Counted from the stretch's first letter, positions 1-11,750 are shown. The stretch: 64,000 nucleotides of DNA from Eledone cirrhosa (GCA_964016885.1 OZ024757.1:43648001-43712000); one strand, 5' to 3'. Notes: generated from the letters alone by a model not told the origin. A program made the numbers and translations.

Positions 1-5
1 TAAGT

Positions 6-118
6 AAAAAGAGTAGGAGATAACTCGACAAGAGCGGAGAGGGTGAGATTCGAACCATGTAAAGTCGTTGGCTCCTGAACTTCGTAAGCGGGGCTGCTAC
101 TGACTGAGCAGCGCCGGC
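6..118 (-). ncRNA. tRNA-derived Pol III cassette (A box, B box, T5 terminator); not a canonical tRNA
   Basis: The minus strand reads GCCGGCGCTGCTCAGTCAGTAG (A-box-like) ... TTACGAA ... GGTTCGAATCT (B box) ... CTCTTTTT. Acceptor and T stems do not pair. Confidence 0.45.
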
Positions 119-423
119 AGCAAGGCAAATCGCGCATAAAATAACGCTTATATCGACAAAAAAAAAAAAAAAATTTCATTGTTGCACTCTTGTTTGTTGT
201 TCTTTTATTTTACGTAAACATTTCGCTGCTCTAGCCTCTTATTTCCTATTAGATTACACTTAATTCCATTAAACATTCATTCTTAGTCTCGTGGTAAACT
301 ATTTCATCTATATTTATATCGCTGTTACAGCCTTTTATTTCTACATCTATCACCTATAGCCACTGTTACGCCGGTAGTATAAGTAGCTTTATAACAAGAA
401 ACGATGATATAACTCCACAAAAT

Positions 424-472
424 GTCTTCTTCAGCAAGACACTTCACTTCATATTGCTCCAGTACACCGAGT
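424..472 (+). mobile_element. Short fragment of the CORE-like SINE body (present in every unit)
   Basis: CTT(C/G)AGCAAGACACTTCAC(T/C)TCATATTGCTCCAGT matches the reverse complement of the SINE body at ~3945-3982. Confidence 0.6.
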
Positions 473-899
473 TACACATAGACAGATACATACATACATA
501 CACAGATAGAAATGAGAGGTAGATAGAGTAAAAGATTTAAAGAGAGTGTGAGAAGTACGAGTTAGATAGTGTAAAAGATTTAAAGAGAGGGTGAGAGTGT
601 GACACACATTTATCTGTCTATCTCTCTCTATTTTAACACCGGTCGTTATAATTAGTTTTATAACACCGCTATATTACCGACATGAAAGAGGTAAATAATT
701 ATTTCTTAAATGTTTAGAACATGTTTCTCTTGTCTTCTTAAATGTATAGAACATGTTTCTTATTTATATTCTTAACATAGCTAGGACCTTATCTCATTTA
801 CTGGTCTCTACTTTTAGGGCTTTGCTGGTCCCATGTGCCCTCCATGAAGACACACTCGCCCCTTCTCTCTCAGTCTCCGTACTAATTACTACACATACG

Positions 900-3070
900 T
901 ATATATATTTATTTTAAGAAACCTTAATGACAAATAATATAAAGTGTTTGTAAAGTGGGGAAGAGTAGTTTTACGGTGGGGTTGTTATATAGATATCGTT
1001 TTTGCAGTGGGGTCGTGACTGGCGTATAATAATGAGTCACTGTTGATGTATATACAAATCATGTTTTGGATATAAGTGAAGTTATTTAAGAGATTTAGTT
1101 GTTTTGTATACATTCATAACGGTACGCGATGGGACCCACCCACAGCCCCGGCGGACAGAATGGAGAAGGCGTTTCCCCGGAGCACGGCAAGGGAGACGCG
1201 CTGGAAAAGCCACTCCAACTCGCGGGGCTCACACCTGCGGCTGGCCAGCTCAGCGCCTATGGTGGTGAGTAAGGAGGTAGCCCTGGGGCCGAGGACACCA
1301 GAAGTCTCCACTTCCAGGGGTACGACCGCAAACCTGTCGGAGAGTGAACGATATGTGAGGAGTTTGGCCCCCTCAGCCTGACGTGCAGCAGAACCTGGGC
1401 CAGTCGCAGACTGCACCAGGTTGCGGCTGCAGAAAGTGTCGGTGCAAGTGGCATCCCAGACGAGGGGTTTGCCACCGCGGAGCGGGAAGATGGTCATGCC
1501 ATCTAGCCTTTTGCCGTCCCCTCGAGCTGGGAAGGGAAGCCTGCAGCGTCCAAGCCATGCTTAATGACTTCGTTGAGGGCAGCATGGCGTGGATTGCAGG
1601 TGGAGGCCGAAAGAGTCCATGGTGGAACGGCAGCGACATTGGTGTGAGGCCGAGCCTCAGGGAAACGCCGATGCGCAAGCTATTGTTGTCTAGCTGCGTG
1701 CGAGTGGAGAAGGAGGGCAGGGCATGGAGCCAGGCCCCACTGTGGGGTTTGGAGGCTGCACGAAAACAAACAAGGCGGTGCTGGTCGAGCTGGCACGTGA
1801 GCCTGTCTGAGGCCAGGCTGCACTGGATGGCATCCCAAGTGTGTTGGGGGGGACTTGACGTCAACAGGGGGAGAAGGAGGAGGAACGTCTACTGGGCTAA
1901 GTCCCAGCCGGTCCCACGTCTCACAGGCGGCCACGCGTTCTCTGAACACAGAGGGTTCTGCTGAAGAGGACGTGGTACGAGGTTACCGACGAAAGATATG
2001 CCGGCAAAGCTAGTGAGATCGGGGACTGGAGGCGAAGGCCGCCATACCTGACAGGTAAAGTTGCATATCTCATCGGCTGCTGCTCGGATACAAGTTTAGG
2101 TGTAGCACAGAGTGTATAGAGGAGCTTCGGCATGGCGTAGCAGTTCCTCAGCAGAAAGAGAACTGGGTGGCCATCAATCAAGCCCAGTCGGCTCGTGAGA
2201 GTCTGGACTTGATGGAGGAGCGGATGGCCGGCGGGTGGATCGGTGAGGGCATCCTCTTTGGGGGGTCACCTGAACCTGGCGGAGAATGGACCGCACGTCC
2301 AAGACGGAGACTGCAAAGCTTGCAGCATCGAGGCTGACATTCACCACCTCCGACTTGGCTGAGTTGACCTGGAGGTCGATTCCCGCCAGGGCAGGAACCA
2401 CCGATTGAAGGTCATGGCAGAACGCCTGTACGGGCCCACCCAAAGTAGCATCATCCAGATACCAAACGTTGAGAGGGGCCGTTATACTCCAGGCGATGTG
2501 GTCAATACCAAGGGTGAACAGGAGGGGTCCCAAAGGGTTGCCCTGTTGGATCCCAGTAGCCAAGGGTATGACCGTATCAGCAGCATGGCGCATGCTTGGG
2601 GCTCCATATGACAGGTAGGCAGAGGGGGCTCGGCTGAGGCAGGCCTCGAGCAGATGATCCCAGCGTAAAGAGTTGAAGGCATTCCTCATGTCAAACTTGA
2701 CAATGAGGTGGCTGGAGGCCCTGGATGCCGGTTCCGAGTGTTACGGACTTGCAGATTACCTTGGCAGCCAGCCTCCGGAAGACATTGCCCACAGCAATGG
2801 GGCGTATGCCATCCTCTTTCTTCCTGAGAGCGGTGAGGCTGGCCGAAAAAAAGAGGCCTCGAGCATAAGAGTCCAGGGCGCCATGGATGAGCCTATTGGT
2901 GAGCGCCACAATTGCACTCAGAAGGCGGCGCCCGGCCTCAGCGGAGAGGGGAGATATCAACTCCTTGAGGAGGCCTGGTCAGAGACCATCAACATCTCCG
3001 CAGCTGCTAGCTGGGAAGGACCTGATGGCGGACATGATGTCTGCATCAGAAGCCACAAGGAGCAAGTGTG
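900..3070 (-). mobile_element. CRE-clade non-LTR retrotransposon, 5'-truncated and frameshifted (RT, zinc-knuckle remnant, restriction-like endonuclease)
   Basis: Motifs in order across several frames: SAIRSFP..S.G..DGL*P, IRPIAVGNVFRRL, DMRNAFNS, GIQQGNPLGPLLF, WYLDDATL, LPVRYGGL, SGAWLHALP, PFRGGKPLVWDATC, VPLEVETSG, LFQRVSLAVLRGNA. AT-rich 3' UTR ends at AATAAATATATA near 900. Confidence 0.9.
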
Positions 3071-3142
3071 GATTACAATACAAAACCTCTGAGAATGATT
3101 TCTAAGATATTTCACCATAATTAATTTTCATCAATATATATT

Positions 3143-3450
3143 AATATTATTATTGTTTATTAGGTCAGGTGGATTGGCCAGAACAATTCTACTCTTCTTT
3201 TTTAGATGTCACGATTTTTCATGGCATTCCTGAGATCATTAATCTCCAGCTGGAGATCCAGAGACATCTGATGTATGTAGGTGAACCTCAGTCATCCCAC
3301 TTGGCTCTTACTATGTTTAGGTATCCACCACAGGAGCCAGCTCATCAGGTCATCCTACCCTCAGCAGCAATGTCCAGCATCTATTGATTTCCGCTCCCTA
3401 GTTATTGTGGTAATCTTCGATATCTGGGAATATATTTCTTCTGCTTAAGG
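3143..3450 (-). mobile_element. Degenerate 3' end of an RTEX/RTE-like LINE (copies start near 9034, 14908, 24754, 34580, 44406, 54211)
   Basis: Minus-strand translation with stops: KITTITRERKSIDAGHCC*G*DDLMSWLLWWIPKHSKSQVG*LRFTYIHQMSLDLQLEINDLRNAMKNRDI*KRRV. This resembles the R.RR.R.AGH / LLW.P.HG.R..GRP..TY / AM.DR..W C-terminus and is followed by a (TAA)-rich tail. Confidence 0.65.
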
Positions 3451-3523
3451 GAGTAATAAATATATAGTTTTAAAAAAAACATATATATACACACACATAT
3501 ATATATGTTGTCATTTATAAGAG

Positions 3524-3662
3524 TTCTCTATCAAAAGCCTTCTCTATGTCCAAAGCTAAGTATAGTGGCTTATTTTTCTCTAAGAACCTCTTTTGTAGTT
3601 GTCTCACTAAGAAGAGGGCATCTGTTGCACTTTTCAGCGGCACAAAACCAAACTGCATCTCA
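3524..3662 (-). mobile_element. Internal RT fragment of an RTE LINE (in all units; cut at the 3641-equivalent position in type B)
   Basis: EMQFGFVPLKSATDALFLVRQLQKRFLEKNKPLYLALDIEKAFDR is homologous to the RTE ORF at 17215-18471. Confidence 0.85.
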
Positions 3663-3712
3663 TACACATACATACATATACATACATACATACATATACA
3701 CATACATACATA

Positions 3713-4067
3713 CATCATCATCATCATCATCATCATCATTTCGTTTTAAGTCCGCTTTTTCCCTGCTTGTAAGGGTGGGACGGGAACTGATTCTGGCTTG
3801 ATTTCTACAGCTGGATGCCCTTCCTAACACCAACCTCATTTACAGTGAGTGCTGAGTGCTTTTTTGCCGTGGCACCTCCACGACCACTTTGCAGTGGAAT
3901 GATATTGACCCCAGTCCCTATCATCTCATTTCTACAGCTGAGTAAACTGGAGCAATGTGAAATAAAGTGTCTTGCTCAAGGAAACAACACATCACCCGGT
4001 CTGAGAATTGAACTCACAACCTTTCGATTGCCAGGCCAATGCTCGAACCACTAAGCCATGTGCCTCC
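3713..4067 (-). mobile_element. tRNA-headed CORE-like SINE with RTE-derived tail and (ATG)n end
   Basis: Minus strand: GGAGGCACATGGCTTAGTGG (A box), GAGTTCAATTC (B box), CCTTGAGCAAGACACTTTATTTCACATTGCTCCAGTTTACTCAGCTGTAGAAATGAG (CORE-like), GGTGTTAGGAAGGGCATCCAGCTGTAG, CCCGTCCCACCCTTACAAGCAGGGAAAAAGCGGAC, then (ATG)n. Confidence 0.85.
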
Positions 4068-4543
4068 ATATACATATACATATACATACACATACATATA
4101 TATATACATACATACATATATACACATACATACATACACATACATACACATATACATACATATACATACATAGATATATATATATACATAATATAAATAT
4201 ATATACATACACATACATAAGCATATACACATAAGTATATATACATATACACACGTATATATACATATACATACATACATATATACACATACATACATAT
4301 ATACATACATACACACATATATACATATACACATACATACATATACATACATATACACATACATACATATATATATATACATACACACACATATATACAT
4401 ACACACACATATATACAAACACATACATATACACATATATACACATACATACACATACATATACATACATATACACATATACACTCATATATACATATAC
4501 ATACATACACACACATACATACATATATACATATACATACATA
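4068..4543. repeat. Compound (CA/TA/CATA)n microsatellite (copy at 9959-10434)
   Basis: ~475 bp of low-complexity alternating purine-pyrimidine sequence. Confidence 0.95.
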
Positions 4544-4544
4544 A

Positions 4545-5091
4545 AGACAAATCCACCTCATGGACGAGAATGCAAGGGCTCCTCCTCTTTGTTTCGGCCG
4601 CGGATGGCTAACCCTAACCCCATCCCCGCTCCCCACCGCTCCCAACCTCCAAACGCAATCCAAAACTTCAGAGTTGGTACCATTAATGTAGGCACCTTAT
4701 AGGGTGGCTCTAACGAGGTTGTAGAAATGCTTGAACGTAAGGAGGTCGATGTTTGTTGTATTCAAGAGACCAGGTGGAGGGGTGGGTCTGCTAGATTCAT
4801 CGTGGGTAAAGAACGATGCTATACGCTTTTCTGTGTGGCAAATGACAATGGGCTGGGTATACACATACCACCCCACCACCCCACCGCAAAGTGGTCGTGG
4901 AGGCGCCGCGGCAAAAAAGCACCCAGCCCACACTGTAAAGCTGACGTGGAGGTGCCACGGAAAAAAAAAAGCACCCAGCACTCACTGCAAACGGGGTTGG
5001 CGTCAGGAAGGGCACCCAGCTGTAGAAACCAATCCAGAATCAGCTCCCACCCCACCCTTGCAAGCATGGAAAAGCGGACGTATGATGAAGT

Positions 5092-5095
<4 letters not shown>
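4545..5095 (+). mobile_element. Internally deleted (bipartite) RTE: N-terminal APE endonuclease fragment fused to the 3' tail
   Basis: [43 protein letters not shown]...NDNGLG (APE N-terminus), then hairpin repeats, GGCGTCAGGAAGGGCACCCAGCTGTAG and CCCACCCTTGCAAGCATGGAAAAGCGGACGTATGATGA. Confidence 0.85.
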
Positions 5096-5144
<49 letters not shown>

Positions 5145-5653
5145 TATATATATACACATATATATATACACACATATATATCAGTGTACATATATATATA
5201 CATATATATATATATATAAATGAATATTTATTCAATTTAAAGCGCCAATTATCTATATATAACAAGATATGAATTTTTCTAGGGATGGGGAAATTTTCAG
5301 TTTGGTTTTTATATTTTCACTTCATTTTTTACTTTCTATTTAATACAGTCTTTGATCCAATATAATCCTGACAGTATTTGAACCAGTTTACCTCATATAT
5401 ATGTATGCACACACAACACTCAAGTTTCGCCATCTACTGCTATTTCATTCATATTTATTGTTTAATTAACTCTGGTCTAATTCATCAACTATTGTTAATT
5501 ATATTATTACGTAGATTTCTTATAAAATCTAGTGCATATATACGTGTATATATACAGGGAGACACTGTGTAATAGATGTAAAGAGAGTTATAGAAGTAAA
5601 GAGAGGGGGAGAAATAAGCGGTAGATAGAGTAATAGATGTAAAGAGAGGGTTA

Positions 5654-5830
5654 GAACGTTCAACTTGACAGTCAGTACAATGTTCAGCATGGTAGCCAGT
5701 ACATATGCCAACTACCCAACCGGCCAGCCAGCCGCATATGCGGTTGACTGGCCAGTTGGGCGGTTGGTATGTGGAACGTTCAACTACGCAGTCAGTACCA
5801 AAGTTCAACATTGTAGCCAGTGCATATGCC
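5654..5830. other. Direct repeat / 72-nt hairpin / direct repeat module (hairpin 5702-5773; hairpin copies at 11576, 21365, 31191, 41017, 50855, 62084)
   Basis: CATATGCCAACTACCCAACCGGCCAGCCAGCCGCAT|ATGCGGTTGACTGGCCAGTTGGGCGGTTGGTATGTG pairs at 33 of 36 positions, 4 of them G-T. It is flanked by two ~56-bp diverged repeats GAACGTTCAACT...GTAGCCAGT(A/G)CATATGCC. Confidence 0.9.
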
Positions 5831-5876
5831 GATCGCCGCGCCCTCTTTGCTCTATTTTAATGACCTGGAACTAAGT

Positions 5877-5989
5877 AAAAAGAGTAGGAGATAACTCGAC
5901 AAGAGCGGAGAGGGTGAGATTCGAACCATGTAAAGTCGTTGGCTCCTGAACTTCGTAAGCGGGGCTGCTACTGACTGAGGAGCGCCGGC
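5877..5989 (-). ncRNA. tRNA-derived Pol III cassette, copy 2
   Basis: As 6-118, with one substitution in the A box. Confidence 0.42.
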
Positions 5990-6770
5990 AGCAAGGCAAA
6001 TCGCGCATAAAATAACGCTTACATCGACAAAAAAAAAAAAAAAATTTCAATGTTGCACTCTTGTTTGTTGTTCTTTTATTTTACGTAAACATTTCGCTGC
6101 TCTAGCCTCTTATTTCCTATTAGATTACACTTAATTCCATTAAACATTCATTCTTAGTCTCGTGGTAAACTATTTCATCTATATTTATATCGCTGTTACA
6201 GCCTTTTATTTCTACATCTATCACCTATAGCCACTGTTACGCCGGTAGTATAAGTAGCTTTATAACAAGAAACGATGATATAACTCCACAAAATGTCTTC
6301 TTCAGCAAGACACTTCACTTCATATTGCTCCAGTACACCGAGTTACACATAGACAGATACATACATACATACACAGATAGAAATGAGAGGTAGATAGAGT
6401 AAAAGATTTAAAGAGAGTGTGAGAAGTACGAGTTAGATAGTGTAAAAGATTTAAAGAGAGGGTGAGAGTGTGACACACATTTATCTGTCTATCTCTCTCT
6501 ATTTTAACACCGGTCGTTATAATTAGTTTTATAACACCGCTATATTACCGACATGAAAGAGGTAAATAATTATTTCTTAAATGTTTAGAACATGTTTCTC
6601 TTGTCTTCTTAAATGTATAGAACATGTTTCTTATTTATATTCTTAACATAGCTACGACCTTATCTCATTTACTGGTCTCTACTTTTAGGGCTTTGCTGGT
6701 CCCATGTGCCCTCCATGAAGACACACTCGCCCCTTCTCTCTCAGTCTCCGTACTAATTACTACACATACG

Positions 6771-8961
6771 TATATATATTTATTTTAAGAAACCTTAATG
6801 ACAAATAATATAAGGTGTTTGTAAAGTGGGGAAGAGTAGTTTTACGGTGGGGTTGTTATATAGATATCGTTTTTGCAGTGGGGTCGTGACTGGCGTATAA
6901 TAATGAGTCACTGTTGATGTATATACAAATCATGTTTTGAATATAAGTGAAGTTATTTAAGAGATTTAGTTGTTTTGTATACATTCATAACGGTACGCGA
7001 TGGGACCCACCCACAGCCCCGGCGGACAGAATGGAGAAGGCGTTTCCCCGGAGCACGGCAAGGGAGACGCGCTGGAAAAGCCACTCCAACTCGCGGGGCT
7101 CACACCTGCGGCTGGCCAGCTCAGCGCCTATGGTGGTGAGTAAGGAGGTAGCCCTGGGGCCGAGGACACCAGAAGTCTCCACTTCCAGGGGTACGACCGC
7201 AAACCTGTCGGAGAGTGAACGATATGTGAGGAGTTTGGCCCCCTCAGCCTGACGTGCAGCAGAACCTGGGCCAGTCGCAGACTGCACCAGGTTGCGGCTG
7301 CAGAAAGTGTCGGTGCAAGTGGCATCCCAGACGAGGGGTTTGCCACCGCGGAACGGGAAGATGGTCATGCCATCTAGCCTTTTGCCGTCCCCTCGAGCTG
7401 GGAAGGGAAGCCTGCAGCGTCCAAGCCATGCTTAATGACTTCGTTGAGGGCAGCATGGCGTGGATTGCAGGTGGAGGCCGAAAGAGTCCATGGTGGAACG
7501 GCAGCGACATTGGTGTGAGGCCGAGCCTCAGGGAAACGCCGATGCGCAAGCTATTGTTGTCTAGCTGCGTGCGAGTGGAGAAGGAGGGCAGGGCATGGAG
7601 CCAGGCCCCACTGTGGGGTTTGGAGGCTGCACGAAAACAAACAAGGCGGTGCTGGTCGAGCTGGCACGTGAGCCTGTCTGAGGCCAGGCTGCACTGGATG
7701 GCATCCCAAGTGTGTTGGGGGGGACTTGACGTCAACAGGGGGAGAAGGAGGAGGAACGTCTACTGGGCTAAGTCCCAGCCGGTCCCACGTCTCACAGGCG
7801 GCCACGCGTTCTCTGAACACAGAGGGTTCTGTTGTGTTTTGAAGAACCCTGCTGAAGAGGACGTGGTACGAGGTTACCGACGAAAGATATGCCGGCAAAG
7901 CTAGTGAGATCGGGGACTGGAGGCGAAGGCCGCCATACCTGACAGGTAAAGTTGCATATCTCATCGGCTGCTGCTCGGATACAAGTTTAGGTGTAGCACA
8001 GAGTGTATAGAGGAGCTTCGGCATGGCGTAGCAGTTCCTCAGCAGAAAGAGAACTGGGTGGCCATCAATCAAGCCCAGTCGGCTCGTGAGAGTCTGGACT
8101 TGATGGAGGAGCGGATGGCCGGCGGGTGGATCGGTGAGGGCATCCTCTTTGGGGGGTCACCTGAACCTGGCGGAGAATGGACCGCACGTCCAAGACGGAG
8201 ACTGCAAAGCTTGCAGCATCGAGGCTGACATTCACCACCTCCGACTTGGCTGAGTTGACCTGGAGGTCGATTCCCGCCAGGGCAGGAACCACCGATTGAA
8301 GGTCATGGCAGAACGCCTGTACGGGCCCACCCAAAGTAGCATCATCCAGATACCAAACGTTGAGAGGGGCCGTTATACTCCAGGCGATGTGGTCAATACC
8401 AAGGGTGAACAGGAGGGGTCCCAAAGGGTTGCCCTGTTGGATCCCAGTAGCCAAGGGTATGACCGTATCAGCAGCATGGCGCATGCTTGGGGCTCCATAT
8501 GACAGGTAGGCAGAGGGGGCTCGGCTGAGGCAGGCCTCGAGCAGATGATCCCAGCGTAAAGAGTTGAAGGCATTCCTCATGTCAAACTTGACAATGAGGT
8601 GGCTGGAGGCCCTGGATGCCGGTTCCGAGTGTTACGGACTTGCAGATTACCTTGGCAGCCAGCCTCCGGAAGACATTGCCCACAGCAATGGGGCGTATGC
8701 CATCCTCTTTCTTCCTGAGAGCGGTGAGGCTGGCCGAAAAAAAGAGGCCTCGAGCATAAGAGTCCAGGGCGCCATGGATGAGCCTATTGGTGAGCGCCAC
8801 AATTGCACTCAGAAGGCGGCGCCCGGCCTCAGCGGAGAGGGGAGATATCAACTCCTTGAGGAGGCCTGGTCAGAGACCATCAACATCTCCGCAGCTGCTA
8901 GCTGGGAAGGACCTGATGGCGGACATGATGTCTGCATCAGAAGCCACAAGGAGCAAGTGTG
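6771..8961 (-). mobile_element. CRE-clade retrotransposon relic, copy 2 (type A)
   Basis: ORFs 6985-7368, 7244-7735, 7551-8072, 8065-8580 and 8582-8851 carry the same motifs. Confidence 0.9.
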
Positions 8962-9603
8962 GATTACAATACAAAACCTCTGAGAATGATTTCTAAGATA
9001 TTTCACCATAATTAATTTTCATCAATATATATTAATATTATTATTGTTTATTAGGTCAGGTGGATTGGCCAGAACAATTCTACTCTTCTTTTTTAGATGT
9101 CACGATTTTTCATGGCATTCCTGAGATCATTAATCTCCAGCTGGAGATCCAGAGACATCTGATGTATGTAGGTGAACCTCAGTCATCCCACTTGGCTCTT
9201 ACTATGTTTAGGTATCCACCACAGGAGCCAGCTCATCAGGTCATCCTACCCTCAGCAGCAATGTCCAGCATCTATTGATTTCCGCTCCCTAGTTATTGTG
9301 GTAATCTTCGATATCTGGGAATATATTTCTTCTGCTTAAGGGAGTAATAAATATATAGTTTTAAAAAAAACATATATATACACACACATATATATATGTT
9401 GTCATTTATAAGAGTTCTCTATCAAAAGCCTTCTCTATGTCCAAAGCTAAGTATAGTGGCTTATTTTTCTCTAAGAACCTCTTTTGTAGTTGTCTCACTA
9501 AGAAGAGGGCATCTGTTGCACTTTTCAGCGGCACAAAACCAAACTGCATCTCATACACATACATACATATACATACATACATACATATACACATACATAC
9601 ATA

Positions 9604-9958
9604 CATCATCATCATCATCATCATCATCATTTCGTTTTAAGTCCGCTTTTTCCCTGCTTGTAAGGGTGGGACGGGAACTGATTCTGGCTTGATTTCTACA
9701 GCTGGATGCCCTTCCTAACACCAACCTCATTTACAGTGAGTGCTGAGTGCTTTTTTGCCGTGGCACCTCCACGACCACTTTGCAGTGGAATGATATTGAC
9801 CCCAGTCCCTATCATCTCATTTCTACAGCTGAGTAAACTGGAGCAATGTGAAATAAAGTGTCTTGCTCAAGGAAACAACACATCACCCGGTCTGAGAATT
9901 GAACTCACAACCTTTCGATTGCCAGGCCAATGCTCGAACCACTAAGCCATGTGCCTGC
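9604..9958 (-). mobile_element. CORE-like SINE with RTE tail, copy in unit 2
   Basis: As 3713-4067. Confidence 0.85.
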
Positions 9959-10435
9959 ATATACATATACATATACATACACATACATATATATATACAT
10001 ACATACATATATACACATACATACATACACATACATACACATATACATACATATACATACATAGATATATATATATACATAATATAAATATACATACATA
10101 CACATACATAAGCATATACACATAAGTATATATACATATACACACGTATATATACATATACATACATACATATATACACATACATACATATATACATACA
10201 TACACACATATATACATATACACATACATACATATACATACATATACACATACATACATATATATATATACATACACACACATATATACATACACACACA
10301 TATATACAAACACATACATATACACATATATACACATACATACACATACATATACATACATATACACATATACACTCATATATACATATACATACATACA
10401 CACACATACATACATATATACATATACATACATAA

Positions 10436-10986
10436 AGACAAATCCACCTCATGGACGAGAATGCAAGGGCTCCTCCTCTTTGTTTCGGCCGCGGATGGCT
10501 AACCCTAACCCCATCCCCGCTCCCCACCGCTCCCAACCTCCAAACGCAATCCAAAACTTCAGAGTTGGTACCATTAATGTAGGCACCTTATAGGGTGGCT
10601 CTAACGAGGTTGTAGAAATGCTTGAACGTAAGGAGGTCGATGTTTGTTGTATTCAAGAGACCAGGTGGAGGGGTGGGTCTGCTAGATTCATCGTGGGTAA
10701 AGAACGATGCTATAAGCTTTTCTGTGTGGCAAATGACAATGGGCTGGGTATACACATACCACCCCACCACCCCACCGCAAAGTGGTCGTGGAGGCGCCGC
10801 GGCCAAAAAGCACCCAGCCCACACTGTAAAGCTGACGTGGAGGTGCCACGGAAAAAAAAAAGCACCCAGCACTCACTGCAAACGGGGTTGGCGTCAGGAA
10901 GGGCACCCAGCTGTAGAAACCAATCCAGAATCAGCTCCCACCCCACCCTTGCAAGCATGGAAAAGCGGACGTATGATGAAGTTGAT
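10436..10986 (+). mobile_element. Bipartite RTE, copy in unit 2
   Basis: As 4545-5095. Confidence 0.85.
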
Positions 10987-10988
10987 AT

Positions 10989-11033
<45 letters not shown>

Positions 11034-11750
11034 TATATATATACACACATATATATCAGTGTACATATATATATACATATATATATATATATAAATGAAT
11101 ATTTATTCAATTTAAAGCGCCAATTATCTATATATAACAAGATATGAATTTTTCTAGGGATGGGGAAATTTTCAGTTTGTTTTTATATTTTCACTTCATT
11201 TTTTACTTTCTATTTAATACAGTCTTTGATCCAATATAATCCTGACAGTATTTGAACCAGTTTACCTCATATATATGTATGCACACACAACACTCAAGTT
11301 TCGCCATCTACTGCTATTTCATTCATATTTATTGTTTAATTAACTCTGGTCTAATTCATCAACTATTGTTAATTATATTATTACGTAGATTTCTTATAAA
11401 ATCTAGTGCATATATACGTGTATATATACAGGGAGACACTGTGTAATAGATGTAAAGAGAGTTATAGAAGTAAAGAGAGGGGGAGAAATAAGCGGTAGAT
11501 AGAGTAATAGATGTAAAGAGAGGGTCAGAACGTTCAACTTGACAGTCAGTACAATGTTCAGCATGGTAGCCAGTACATATGCCAACTACCCAACCGGCCA
11601 GCCAGCCGCATATGCGGTTGACTGGCCAGTTGGGCGGTTGGTATGTGGAACGTTCAACTACGCAGTCAGTACCAAAGTTCAACATTGTAGCCAGTGCATA
11701 TGCCGATCGCCGCGCCCTCTTTGCTCTATTTTAATGACCTGGAACTAAGT

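Larger units (their letters stand above)
1..5871. repeat. Array unit 1 (type A, 5871 bp)
   Basis: Anchor to anchor; contains the A-specific block 3642-4753. Confidence 0.95.
5872..11745. repeat. Array unit 2 (type A, 5874 bp)
   Basis: Near-identical to unit 1. Confidence 0.95.

Noticed and set aside
35-118. Functional tRNA-Arg(ACG), suggested by a TTACGAA loop with A and B boxes
   Set aside because: The acceptor (GCCGGCG versus CTCTCCG), anticodon and T stems do not pair. Kept only as tRNA-derived.
317-370. U2 snRNA-like start ATCGCTGTTACAGCCTTTT
   Set aside because: No branch-point recognition GTAGTA and no Sm site; it is a diverged local duplicate of ~222-250.
1076-3105. Plus-strand ORFs over the GC-rich segment
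   Set aside because: They are antisense shadows of the CRE coding strand with no recognisable domains.
4607-4621. Telomeric (CCCTAA) repeat as a CRE target or subtelomere mark
   Set aside because: Only about two copies, inside the RTE 5' region and not at a CRE junction.
3992-4663. Long Cys/Tyr/Val/Met-rich ORFs, and the HTH-rich ORFs at 15737-16543 and equivalents
   Set aside because: These are translations of stop-free microsatellite and minisatellite sequence.
5508-5533. Helitron 3' end (CTAG|T preceded by a hairpin)
   Set aside because: The stem is AT-rich and overlaps the CTAG itself; no matching 5' TC end or Rep/Hel sequence was found.
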